DNA of 64,000 nt from Azolla caroliniana. Lineage: Eukaryota > Plantae > Polypodiophyta. The notes beneath the pieces are model-generated. The model saw only the letters and a list, made by a program, of their open reading frames with translations. It was not told the DNA's origin and did no database searches. The stretch lies in contig JBHGNT010000011.1 in assembly GCA_043228905.1 (NCBI GenBank), positions 15,934,001-15,998,000 of the forward strand, written 5' to 3'. Below are positions 14,301 to 26,700 of the stretch, in pieces (positions within the stretch are counted from its first letter, which is position 1; each line of letters opens with the position of its first letter). Position numbers and translations under genes: made by a program.

Positions 14301-15121
14301 GTAAGAGAGTAATCTCTAACTGAAATTAGAAATTTATCTGGGAAGAGTTCCATAAAACCTAAGTTATGATATTCCAATTTAATCGATGATGCCACATGGA
14401 GCAACAGGGTCAGAGATCGACAGGGATCTCACCCCCTCTGATGCCCTTTCTATGGGTAGGGGACGTGGGCTTACTCTGTCATAGACTACGTTTCTCCAGA
14501 CTTCAGTTCAGTCACACACGGAAGCTACATGATTTTCAAGCTGGCCTCTTTCTACTTTGCCCGCTGCTAACTAGGGAAATCTTTGTTAGTCTCTTTTCCT
14601 CTGCTTAGTTATTGTGGTGGGTATAGGCAGTTGCAATCAACAAGGATTAGGAAGTAGGTATTAGTTAGCTTGTACGTGTTCATCTAAAATAGGGTAGTTA
14701 CGCTACAGTTGATGCAGTGTAGCCGGTTTTGATGTTGGTACAAATTTTGCTGATGATGCAAAGTAGTCATTTTGGTGCTGATGCTAATGGAAAGGAAACT
14801 ATGCAGGATTGCTGGTATGGGACTGTTCTCCACCTGGGTGATAAAGATGGGTTGCCGATACTATCAATCACGTTAAGTATCTAATGTATGCTTTACAGAT
14901 GAACAATACAGCTGATTTATTAAGTTTAAGAGTGTTGTTTTTATTTCAGTTGCTCTGAGGATGATTTAGAGAAGTTTAGGTCAGGAGCATTACCACTATC
15001 CCCTCCATCTGAAGAGTACAAATTTGCTGTAGCCAAAGGCTTGATAGATGATTTGGGACTTAGCACACAGGAAGCATTTGCCTATGTGTCGACAAAAGTA
15101 AGGAAAATGTCTCGAGTCTAA
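2255..15121 (+). CDS. HDA5: Class II RPD3/HDA1-family histone deacetylase, HDA5 type; 13 exons, 708 aa
   Basis: GT-AG exons in consistent phase: 2255-2394, 4140-4344, 5081-5227, 9126-9238, 9350-9561, 11640-11704, 11821-11994, 12098-12196, 12270-12692, 13639-13832, 13929-14046, 14807-14871, 14950-15121 (2127 nt, ATG to TAA). Catalytic motifs [40 protein letters not shown] and LEGGY are intact. The C-terminal domain ([24 protein letters not shown]...[10 protein letters not shown]...WYG) matches that of Arabidopsis HDA5 as I recall it. Confidence 0.93.
7001..7238 (+). repeat. Tandem duplication (two units of about 118 bp) in HDA5 intron 3
   Basis: agattagttatggggctgtcactctc...ggaagtggcttgg is repeated at about 7001 and 7119. 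Confidence 0.85.
8232..8574 (-). mobile_element. Solo LTR (copia-like TGTTGAG...TTACA termini) in HDA5 intron 3
   Basis: Termini TG...CA with flanks CCATA/CCAGA (5-bp TSD, one mismatch) and an internal (GA)n tract. Its reverse complement aligns with 20183-20312 plus 44781-45000. Confidence 0.75.
10380..10930 (+). pseudogene. Highly degenerate Ty3/gypsy RT-thumb/RNase H remnant in HDA5 intron 5
   Basis: Frameshifted pieces read [25 protein letters not shown] and EIN..IYEELL.IV. Confidence 0.55.
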
Positions 15122-17785
15122 CTGCTGTTGGATGGAAAGTATTCTCTGATGTAGAAAATATATAGAAATTAAGGTCTTTCTATGAAGGATTCTCTCTCTC
15201 TCTCTCTCTCTCTCTGGCTGTTAGCTTCATAGTTTGCATGGTGGCATGTAAGTCATCAAATTGAAACAACGCAAATTCAGTTATCCACCGCAGACTTGGC
15301 CCCATCTCATATAACTTGTTTCATTTACCTGCTCTGTCATGTCTTGACATGTTTTTCATATGTATCCACGAAGTGAGGTTTTATTGGTCTATTTTACTTC
15401 ATAGAAGTTCTTAATTCAGACAGACATTGTCATCCATAGCAGCAAAGACTATTTGCTAATATGTACAATACCTAAATATGAATCACTTTTGCAAAATCAA
15501 TTTCCTATTGATTGGTCTTTTTTTTCCTAAAAATGCATATTAAACATGGAAGCAGAAAATTAGCTTAACAATCTGTTTGCAGGAAATCCTGAGGTTTTGT
15601 TGCTGTTTAATTCTAGGAATTTTTTCAAAGTGAGCATTTTATTATGCCAAAATTTTGAATGGTTCTTGATAAAAATTAGAAATAACTTGAGAGTGATGGT
15701 GATGATACATTAACTACGATGGTATCATGTATTTAATGATGATTGGAAATTTGACAATAGGCATTTGGTTGTCAATAGTATTTTACACCTCTTTTTTCCC
15801 CCCATACAGGTGGTGTCATGATATAACGCCAAGATATGAAAATCCAATGTCGTTATCTCTATGTTTGTGGTCCCTTGTATATGTATGAATATGGTGTAAC
15901 ATTGAATAACAAACATGCAATTAAGCTGCCAAAAGCCAGAACAACAAAGAGAATAAATGCACGGCGAAATTGATATGATTTAAGAGTCATTTCAGTCCAT
16001 TTTAATGTTTCTCTCCCCAAGATTTTACTACTAAATTGAGTGTTATTATATTTGCATTTTCACTCTTTTTTCCTGGGGCTTTTCACTAGTGGAAATTCTA
16101 ATGAGGAAAGTTTACTAGAATTACTTGTGTACAAGTAAGAGGTTTCCAAAATTTGGTTCTAGGATTCTTATTTCGGGATTTGGGGTGTGGAAGGAAGGGA
16201 AATAGTTTCTGTTTTCTACCCAACCACATATATGTGTCTTGGGTGGAGGGGAATCTATTAAGTAGGTAGAATAAATGCTTACTAGGGTGTTGGGCATGTT
16301 TAAACCATTTGTTAACGCGTTTCACACGCCTAGCTAACTGTTTTTTGGTCTACTAGTTTGTGGGTCTCTTAGTGGCTTGGTAGGGGGGGGGGGAACAAGT
16401 TTTGCTGTGGTTCCTTCTAACCGCACATGCTCGAGGATGCAAAGAAACAGATTGCAATGTGCCTTGGTGCATGTAAGCACACCAAACAAAATAGTCTTGG
16501 ACATCTACTCTTTTTATTTGTGAGATTTCTTGCTGACTGTTTGTGCTGACAGAATTTGGATAGAGATTGTGAGTAATTAAAGAGGTTCTTGTGTCGTTTC
16601 TGTGTGTCACTTTGAAGCACCTCTATCAATCAATGGAGTTCTCCCTCCTATAGATGTCATTTGCTTGGGGATATGATCTACTTATACCCTATTGGTGGCG
16701 AAATGGGCGGGGGTAGTTGTCAAATAACCCCGAGCTGCTAACTCACTTAGTATTATGTAATTAATGTTAGTTTCTCTCTCACACTCTCTTGCCTGCTCTC
16801 TTAAACACTTAAGAAACAACTGCGCTGCTCTCCTCCAATCTCCCCCTGTAGGCTGGTGTCCCCCTATCCATGCTTCAGCCTAACCTTCTATTATGTCATG
16901 CAAATTCATGACCAGCACAGATTGTTTTATATGTTAATCTATACCGAGTGGGTTATTGTCTATCTATTTTTCAGAGTTGCTTTTTTTTCAATCTATGGTC
17001 TGATGTGAGAATTGAACTTGGGTTCTCTCAGGTTTAAGACCTTTGATGCTATGATGTAAACCACTAAAAACGAAACTTTGAGAAAGAGCAAACAATTAAG
17101 CTATTACTACCACTGAGCACTAGGAAAGGAAAAGAAGAAACATGAGAATAATCTGTCACATTACATTAAGTACAACCATTTTACAATTAGAATGTGTATA
17201 CGCTCAATTAAACAAAATACAAAACGGGAAGAATGAAAAAGCATAATTATACTTTAGGGCCCACTTTCCCTTCAATTCATGCCACAGATTCTATTTACTA
17301 GTCTCACATCTTGCCATTAAATTCAATTTAAGATCCAAACATTGTTGTGCACAAGTAATTATCCGCTTATTTCATATTTTAGTTGATGAATATTATTCCT
17401 TCTTTATCCAAAGAATAGAGGTGAATTTAATCGCAGCTTCTCTGCTTGCAATTGATAAAGGAAAAAAAGAAGCAATAGTTTTTGGATGCTCAATGAAAAC
17501 TTCTGATGCAACTTCATTAGAGTTGTATAATTTAGGACATGGTTTGAGAGGACAAAAACCGAAAATGAAGTTGTGCTATGGTTTTCACACACACACACAC
17601 TCCCAAGTACCTAAAGAATCTCATCTCTATGAAAGAATTAAAATGAAGATCTTAACGTTATCGAGTTAAGTGCCTAAACACCTCATTTCCATGAGCAATT
17701 TAACATACACAATCTATCAAAGGTGCCTACCATTACCAACCAAACCAATACAACTTCATCAAAAAATGGGGAACGAGAAAACTGT

Positions 17786-19051
17786 TTAGCTCTTTGGTAT
17801 ATTCTTGCCCACAATCTTCGCGGGAGTGATTCTCAGGAGGTTTCCTGCTTTGCCAGGGACAGCTCCTTTCACAATAAGTGTCCTCAGTTCAGTATCCACT
17901 TTGATGACTTCAAGCTTTCGTATCTTTGTCTTGGTTCCACCAAGCCTCCCAGGCATCTTCTTTCCAGGGTAAACACGACCAGGCGTTGTCCCCGCTCCAA
18001 TTGAACCTAATTGTCTATGACTCTTTGAACCGTGAGTCATCGGCCCTCTTTTGAAATTGTGCCTCTTAATACCACCTGCAAATCATGACATATAATTTAT
18101 TCTTAGATATTGATAATTTTGTTTATTTGGGGAGAAGGGGAACTACAAAATGCCCCAAAATTTCTTTATTTGCCAAATGCACCTCCTATGTTTTATTTAT
18201 TTCCCAGATGCCCCAATGTTTTTCCCCCCCCTCAAATGCTCCCCATTCAAACGCTGAAAGAGGCAAAAGGAAAAGGATGGATATCATAACAAAAAATGAC
18301 ACACATTGTCATCATCTTTTGAATACTAATTCTAAGTAAATTCCAGGTTGGAACATTGCATTTCATTTCAGATTATTCATGTCGTTTAATTGATCAAATG
18401 AAGGTTAAAAATGAGGTTCTTTTAGGGCATTTCAGATGATTCATATTGCTAAATGACTGAAAATAAGGGTATCACAAAAATACCAAATCAGGAATAGGCA
18501 TTATCAATAATGGCAAACAGCCTAGCATATTTTGTTTTCTAGAGAATCATTCACAACCAGGGCCGATTTACATGTTGCTCTCCAGAAACATATAACCCAA
18601 TGCTTAACAAGAGAGCATCCCTCCATGAATCAAAAGCTCTATAATGATCAATAAACGCCAATTCTATCAATAACACCTCAAAATAAACCTCTATGTTCAT
18701 TCTCAGACTGACAAAAGAATGACCCATGTATCATCACACACAAAACAATTATATTGGACAGAGAGAACACGCTTTCCTTACAGCTCATCTATATACTCGC
18801 AACTTGCTGTAGGATACCTGCACTATATGGAAATTCTTAGCTATCAACAAGAAATATTTCTTCTATCAATAACACTACAAAAGAACTTGTCTTCAAGCCG
18901 AGAAAATGACATGCCTACATGAGTATGATCAAAACACTAGTTTTCATGGGAATGACTTGATTCTAATAACGCCATAGAGCACACTGAACTGTTCCTCAGG
19001 GGATGAGACAATGCTAGCGTACCACATTCAATGAAAGCATTCTTAGCTTTT

Positions 19052-19098
<47 letters not shown>

Positions 19099-19753
19099 AT
19101 ATACACATACCTTGGAATCCTTTACCAATTGAATCGCCAGAGACATCAACAAGGTCACCTTCTTTGAAGATCTCTTCAATGTTGAGCCTTTGCCCGGGCT
19201 CAAACCCATCCACGGAGACGAGCCTGAATTCCTGAAGGTGTCGTAGAGGGATGGCCCCACACTTGGTTAGGTGGCCCATCTCAGGTTTGGTCAGCTTCCG
19301 ATCCCTCACTCGCCTGTATCCAACCTGGACAGCATCATACCCATCAATCGCCCCTGTCTTCACCTGAGTCACGATGTTTCCTTCCCTGAAACCAATCACT
19401 GTCACCGGGATTGCCTTCCCTTCCTCCGTGAAGTAAGTCATCATCCCTACCTTGTTCCCCATCAAACCTACTCCTGCCTCATAGCTCATGGATATAGTGG
19501 ACCCCAAGTTCCTTCTTGTTGTTGACGAAGGAGATGATGAAGATGAAGAAAGATGTCTGGATATGGATGAGAGACGTACATGTGAAGTGGAGATACGGAG
19601 TCCCTGAAATGATGGAAGGATGCAAGACGAGGAGACGCAGAAAGACGAAGGTGGAGATGACGACGATGAAGAAGAAGAAGAACACGAAGGAATGAGAGAT
19701 TTAGTGGAGAGAGAGGGTCCTGATACAGTAGAGCTGGCCATCGCCATCGCCAT
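17786..19753 (-). CDS. RPL3: Nucleus-encoded plastid 50S ribosomal protein L3 (uL3c) with Ser-rich transit peptide; 2 exons, 310 aa
   Basis: Exon 1 19753-19111 and exon 2 18075-17786 (GT-AG, phase 1) join to give [12 protein letters not shown]...[29 protein letters not shown], a bacterial-type L3. The first roughly 90 aa are Ser-rich and lack acidic residues, as expected for a transit peptide. Confidence 0.95.
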
Positions 19754-20312
19754 CGCCACGGTCACGCAGCAGGAAAGAAGGAGAAGATAAGGCTAAGCTA
19801 AAGCCGTCTTTGCTACCCATATAGAATCCAAGCCAGACAAGACAACACACACTCTCTCTCTCTCTCTCTATGTATGTATGTAAGTATGTATATACAGTAT
19901 ATGTATATACGCTAGTTTTGTTGGGAACAATGAGATCATTGTTTCTTGTTGGGGCATGAAAATGTCCTAATGCCTAGAAAAAACATGTATGTGACTTCAA
20001 CTCATAAGGAGTTTCCTTTGCTCCGGTGATTTAACGGGACTACCGGTTGACTGATTGGTTGCAATGCATTCCTCTAAAATCGTGTTTTCACAATTTAATC
20101 CGATGTCTATGTTTCTTGATGGATTTGCAGGAGCACCAGCTGACCCCGTTGGTTGCAATGCCTTCCTCTGAAAATTGTGTTTTGTTGAGAATCAAACTCA
20201 ACTTCCCCAGTGTGGGAACACATGATAGCATACTCAAGTATGTGAACATCGCACCTCCTAATATAGTAACTAGTGTGTCATAGAACTTTAAGGTTCTGTG
20301 ACACATATTTAG

Positions 20313-20702
20313 TGTAAACGATTACTTGCAGAAGCGTTAGAAAACAGAGAAAGTAGGGAATACACAGAGTACGCGGGAGAGACAGAGAGAGCAGAACGCA
20401 AAAGCTATATTCAAAAACGATATAATTACTCTGCACGTACAACTATGCTTAGTAGCATTATTTATACAAGTCCTAGTGGGACTGACAAAAGTACCGCGTA
20501 CTTCAATGCTCACATGAGCATCTGACACTTACTACGAGACTATAATTGCCTAATAGTCTACACTAATATTAGGCTCCCGATTACTGATTGGATTTGGCTA
20601 ATCGGCTCCCCAGTTCACCGGCTAGGTTGCTTGCCGGCTCGGTTGCTCACAACTTACCAATTCGTCTCGCTTGCCGGCTCCAGTTGAGCTTGCTGCTCAA
20701 CA
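20313..20702 (-). repeat. 3' LTR of copia A
   Basis: 390 bp with TG...CA termini; matches the split 5' LTR apart from scattered substitutions and one indel of about 16 bp. Confidence 0.92.
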
Positions 20703-23700
20703 CTCCCCCTCAAGCTCAACTTGAGGTTGGATCCTAGTGTCAGTCTCTGTGGCAGTTGGTTCTTCCAACCGACTTCTCCTGGCGTCGCTCCGCCTTGCTC
20801 ACGCTCCTCGTCCGGTTCGGTTTTGTTTGCCGCGACCCCTCTTGTTCTGCGCGCCTTGATCTTCTCGGTTAGTATGTCTGCTCAATAGGCCCCTCTCAGC
20901 TCCTTCGCTGCTATGACTCCGGTGCTTGCCGATCCATCGGTTCCTCCGTGATGGCATCGACTTCTGCTGCATCCGTGTCTGCTTGGCCTTGAATTGATCC
21001 GGTTCTTCTGAATTTGTCTGTTGAACCGAATCGACTGTCTCCGATTCGTTCTAGCTCTTGTCCGAATCGGTTGCTCCCGATTCGTCTTTTGGTTCCAAGC
21101 CCTTCACCACATCTGACCATGTCCGGGTCTTGGCCTTCTTCCTTCGGTCGGCTCTGTCCTTCTTGACTCTGCCGCCTTCTGTTCTTCCCTCATTGGCGCA
21201 ATCGGCAGTCTCTTTGCCTTTGCCTGTTCCAGTGTCTTTGCCCGTTCTCCCCCTCAAGTGTGGCACGTCGAGATGCTGAACACCAAGCATTTCGGTGAAG
21301 TGTTGCAACTTGTCCGAGCCGAGTGGTTTGGTGAAGATGTCGGCAACTTGCCGATCCGTGTGAACATACCGAAGTTCAACCTCACCGCTCAGGACACGCT
21401 CACGCACGAAGTGATAGTGCACTTCTATGTGTTTTGTGCGAGCATGGAATACGGGGTTCTTGGCGAGTTGCATGCTGCTTATGTTGTTGCGGTAGACCAG
21501 AATCGGGGTCGGTACCTCGATCCGTAAGTCTTGCAGTAGTCGCCGAAGCCAAATGGCTTCACAGGTGGCAATGGTAGCGCCCCGATACTCAGCCTCAGTG
21601 CTCGACAGAGCAACTGTTGGCTGCTTTTTGCTGCTCCACGCAACAGCCGCGCTACCTAGGGAAAACATGTAACCAGAGGTTGATCGACGATCTGATGCAT
21701 CGCCGGCCCAGTCGGCATCCGTGTAACCGACAAGCTCTTCGGTTATAACAGTCCCCGGTCATTGGTGCCGCTGACATACCGCAATATCCGTTGCGCGCAC
21801 TAAAGGTGCTACATGGCTTTTGCATGAACTGACTTATCATTCCGATTGGATAGCTGATGTCGGGTCACGTGATAGTCAAGTAAATAAGGCTTCCGACAAT
21901 TTGTCGAAACCGTTGCTCGTTGCAGGCTGGTCCGGAGTTGGGACGAAGCTTCTGGTTCCGGTCCAAGGGTGTGGATACAGGTCGGCATTCTGTCATGCCG
22001 AACTTGTACAACATATTCAAGACGTAATGTCGTTGTGAGAGCAATATGCCGTCCGGGGTTCAGATCACCTAGATCCCTAGAAAATAATGAAGGTCCCCCA
22101 GATCCTTCATCTTAAATGCGTCTGACAACTGGGACTTGGCGCGGTTGATTTTTGGAACACCTGGTCCAGTGATGACTAGATCATCAACATACAACAATAC
22201 ACATACCAGACTGACTGGGCCTTGCCGGATGAACAATGAAGAGTCCGATTTGGAGGCCACAAACCCCATCTTACGCAACCGGTGCGTGATCTTCGCAATC
22301 CAAGTTCGAGGGGCTTGCTTTAGGCCGTACAACGACTTCTTCATCTGGCATACCGCCAATTTGTTCATCTCCGATTGAAAACCGGGAGGCTGAGTCATAA
22401 AGACTTCTTCTTCAAGATCACCTTGAAGAAATGCATTCTTCACATCCATCTGATGAAGATGCCACCCCCTTGCCGCAACAACTGCCAACACCACTCAAAC
22501 TGTCGTCATCTTCGCTATAGGAGCGAAGGTCTCATCGTAGTCGATTCTGTGGGTCTACGCATATCCCTTCGCCACTAACTGGGCCTTGTACCGGTTAACT
22601 GAACCGTCAACGTTGTACTTTACTTTGTATATCCACTTGCATCCGATCGGTTTACAGTGACGAGGAGGGTCAACCAGGTCCCACGTCTTGTTGACATCAA
22701 GTGCCCGCATTTCTTCCTCCATAGCAGCACGCCAATTTGCGTCCTTGGCCGCTTCTGCGTAGCTCTCCGGCTCACGCACTTCCGCCACCTTAGTAAGGTA
22801 CGTATAGTGATGCGCCATGTACTCATTGTACACGTACCGCTTGACGGGATCCTTCTGGTGGGTGGACTGATGTAACTCACTGTTACCTGGTTTGAGGCCC
22901 TTCTTGGCCGGTTTGGTCTTCGTTGCCGAAGATCCGCCTTTCTCCTTGCCGGAGTCGGACGTACACCGATCCGACTCATCGTTGCCGGATTCGAATTCCT
23001 GCATCTTCTTCTTCCCTGTCTCTTTGCGCGTGAACCGTTGTCGTGAAGGAAACCGTCCCCAGGCGCAAACCGTGTATAGTGTGTGTGAACCGGCCCTTAC
23101 ACGTGGGCACGCCCCTTGTTGTATAGTAGATAGGTAGGCGCAAAAGTCAAATCCTAGGTAGCAATATTCTATAGGGGAAATCGAGGAGTATCTCTGTCCA
23201 AAAGGACAGAGAATTAATGTGATGTAAACGGGTGAGACGGTCTCCCTCCTTGAGCTATAAAAGAGAGGGAGACGGGGGAGAAGGTATCATGCGCTAGAGG
23301 GGACGAAGTGCTGTCGGACTGGGACTGAGCTCTTCTTCTCTCCATAGCTTTCTTTTGCGTAGGTTCTCAGGAGGCTGATTCTGCTCCGTGGAACGCCCGT
23401 GTGCTTTCGGCAGAATCTCCATCTTGCTCCCCTGTGTGCGTGGGTGATCAGGCGTCGACATTCATCTCGCCGACCTGATCGACTGTAACTGTTCGAGTCG
23501 TCTGCATACATATATTTACATACATACTCTAGTGTTCTCAACTCGTGTCTCCTGTGTTGTTGGGCCGCGTCCCCGTGCGCTTCTTTGTCTATACGTGAGT
23601 GAGCGTCTCTCTCTCTCTCTCTCTCCCTTTTCTCACCTATTCCTCGGTCCAAGTCCCCAGTGGTCCTGCCTTGTTCTCCACGTACGCGCGTAACAATGCG

Positions 23701-23746
23701 ACATATTTGGTGAACCCGACGTGAAAAGGCGGCAGAGGAGTAGAAG

Positions 23747-26700
23747 ATGAGGGGGTCGGACCTCGCAGAAGCCATGGCTTCGGTTGTGGACCGTTTAGTG
23801 AGTGCGCGCGAAGGCACCGACGCCCTTGATAGGGCTATCGAGGCGGTTGTCGGTACGATCAACCGGTTTAGTGGGAAGGATGCCACGAGCTACTTGGCAT
23901 CCTACCGGGCTGAGATGGTAATGAGGGACATTCCGGAAGAGAGGCATCTAGCCGGATTCCCTCGAGTGGCGATGTCGGGCATCCATACGGAGGTGCTCGA
24001 GGTACGGGCCGAGAGCCGGACCTGGGAGGAGTTTGAAGGTCGGCTCCTCGAAAAATACGGGCTTGAAGATGCGCTTTGACTTTCGAAGCGGGACTTCATG
24101 GAGTGGGTGGAGACCCCCGACAAAGGAAGGAATGCGTCGGTGCTCCTCCGGGAGTTTGAGGAACGCTTCGCGCGCCTCTCGGTGCTTGACCGGACCATTC
24201 TGGACACAAGTCGTGTCCTATTGTTTGTTAAGTCAGTTGACGAGCGGGATCGGGAGCAAGTAGGCCTCCTATTGGAAACTGATGACGGGCTGACGGCTGA
24301 CTGGGCCGTGGTGAAAAGGGTCTGTGGCCGTTTCGACAAACGGGGGGAATGGGTTGACAAAGGATCGACGGGGGTGGGCTCTGTCGTAGCAAGGAAGCAC
24401 GAGCCAACACCACCAACGCGAGGGGAAGAGACCCGAGATTGGCTCGAGACCGGATCGGTTTTGACCGGCATGGTCAAGGGCTCGTCCAGGGGAGCAGCTC
24501 TGGAGGAACTGACGCGAATGGTAAAGGATCTCCAGATCGCCCATGCATGGAGGGACGGAGGCGAACAGGGCCGTGACCAACGACCTCTGGCTGGAAACAG
24601 GTGCATGTGGTGTGACGTGGTTGGCCACATCCGGAAGGACTGCGGGGACTTCGCCGAGGCGATGAGAAGCAATGTGGTGTACCTATGGAACGGTCGGGTG
24701 CACGCCAGCGAGACCCGAAGGGCCCTGGACCTGAATGTCCGGCGGGGAGGTATGAAAAGGCTGATGGAGGAGGTGGTGACTCGTCATGTGGAGATCGTCC
24801 ACTACTCGACGTCAGCTGGTATTCGGGTCGGAGGTGGCGAGGCCCCGAAGACGAACAAAGCCGGGTTCTGGCCGACGATGCTAGAAGGCCTCGCTGGCGC
24901 ACGACTATGGAAAGAAGAGGCAGACCGCGCGGAAAAACGGGTCCGGGAGGTAACCGGATGGAGTGATCCGGTGGAAGAAAAGACGGGCTTCGTCGAAGTT
25001 GCTTGTCAAAACTACGAGGCTCTGGTGGAGGACAAGCGGGTAGGGAAAACCGGAGGGGCCGGGCCCTCGCAACGATATGAAACTCGGTTCGGGCAACGGT
25101 GGAATGAGGCCGGTGTAACCGGCGCCCAGGATAATCCCAAGAGGGGCGGGTACCAGCTGGGCACAGAAATCGAAAGAACCACGGACCTACGAAAGGTCCT
25201 GGAAGAACGAATCCTCGACAACAAGGTGGAACTGTCGCTGAGGGAAGTGCTCGGGATCGCCAAGAAGGAGTTCCACGACTCCATCGTAGACTTGGTGAAG
25301 AGGAAGAGGCTGTCGACGGAGGAAGAACCAGAGAAGCCGGTGGAGGTGCGAACGACGCACATAGAGGACATGGCGATGGAAGACGAGTTGGCGGAGAGCC
25401 ACTATTCGAGGCCGCACTGGGCCAGAGCGACTACGGAGACCCCCGTGAAGATCGGAGATGTTCATGAACCGGTGGTGGCGTTGGTGGACCACGGTTCAGA
25501 AATCAATTTGATGTCCATGGACTTCTACAAGAAGGGGAAATGGCCGATCAACACCAAGCATGGGTGGAAGATACGGGCAGCGACGCGTGGCACCGAAGAA
25601 CTGCATGGAGCCTGCCCGAATGTACGAGTAAAGATTGGCGATGTCGAGATTGACCAGCACTTCTTCGTGCAGGAGACGTCCTCACATCCGGTTATACTAG
25701 GAGAACCGTACATCATAGCAGCACGGATGGAGACCAAGGTGCTGGACAACGGCTCGGCCTATGCGAGGGTCAAGAGCCAGGATGGGCGTCACTCGGTCCA
25801 GTTCTTGACGGTGAGACCGAACCATGAGAGGAACCGCGAGACCCTCGGGGGCGAAAGCCGGGAGGATTTTTGAAGAGGGCTATCAAGGCGTGGGGCCGTG
25901 ATAGTCCGGACACTCTGGGAAAACCCCACAAGTGTACGATAGCGAAGAAGACCTATACTATGGGTAGGAAATTTTGGTTCTCCGACAACGGAGGGTGTAC
26001 GATAGTCGACGTCGTTGGCCGGAAGAAGAAAAGGGCGGAGGAGCGACTTCGGGCGTGTGGTATCCTCGGCCCTGGAGAGGAAATCAACGGAGCCGTGGAG
26101 GCGGTCTCTTTCGACGATACCTTGGGGGAGCTATGAGAGGTAGTCGGAGGAGTCCTTAAAGAGGACCGGATGGTTCCGGTATGTTCGGAAAGGATGTACG
26201 AAGTCATCGCGGACTTCAGTAAAGGGCTCGAGTCGGATTGGACGGCCCGGGTGGGCACGAGATACAAGACTGTGGACCAGAAGGTGAGGCCAGTCGTGGC
26301 ACCCTTGCCGGAGGGCAACGAGGAGCGGATAAAAGGGGTCGCGTCGGACCCAAGTTTACGAAATCCGGCTGGCATAGGGCACCGGTTCACCGACCTAACG
26401 CTACGGGAGCTCAAGGTAGGTGGGGGCGGCTTCCTACTGGCGGAGGAGGAGGACCAGTTTCAGAGAATGCTCAGGAGGCATGGGAAGGCTTTTGCATTCT
26501 CGCCGGAGGAGATCGGGTGCGTAGACCCGACAGTTGTCGAACCGATGGTGATCTTCACGGTACCGCATGTACCGTGGAATCTCAAGCCGATTCTAGTGCC
26601 AAGAGCTCACATCCCGAAGTTGATGGAGCTCCTAAAGCAAAAGGTGGAGATGGGCATTCTCGAACCATCAAGTGCCCCGTATTTGAATCGGTGGTTTACG

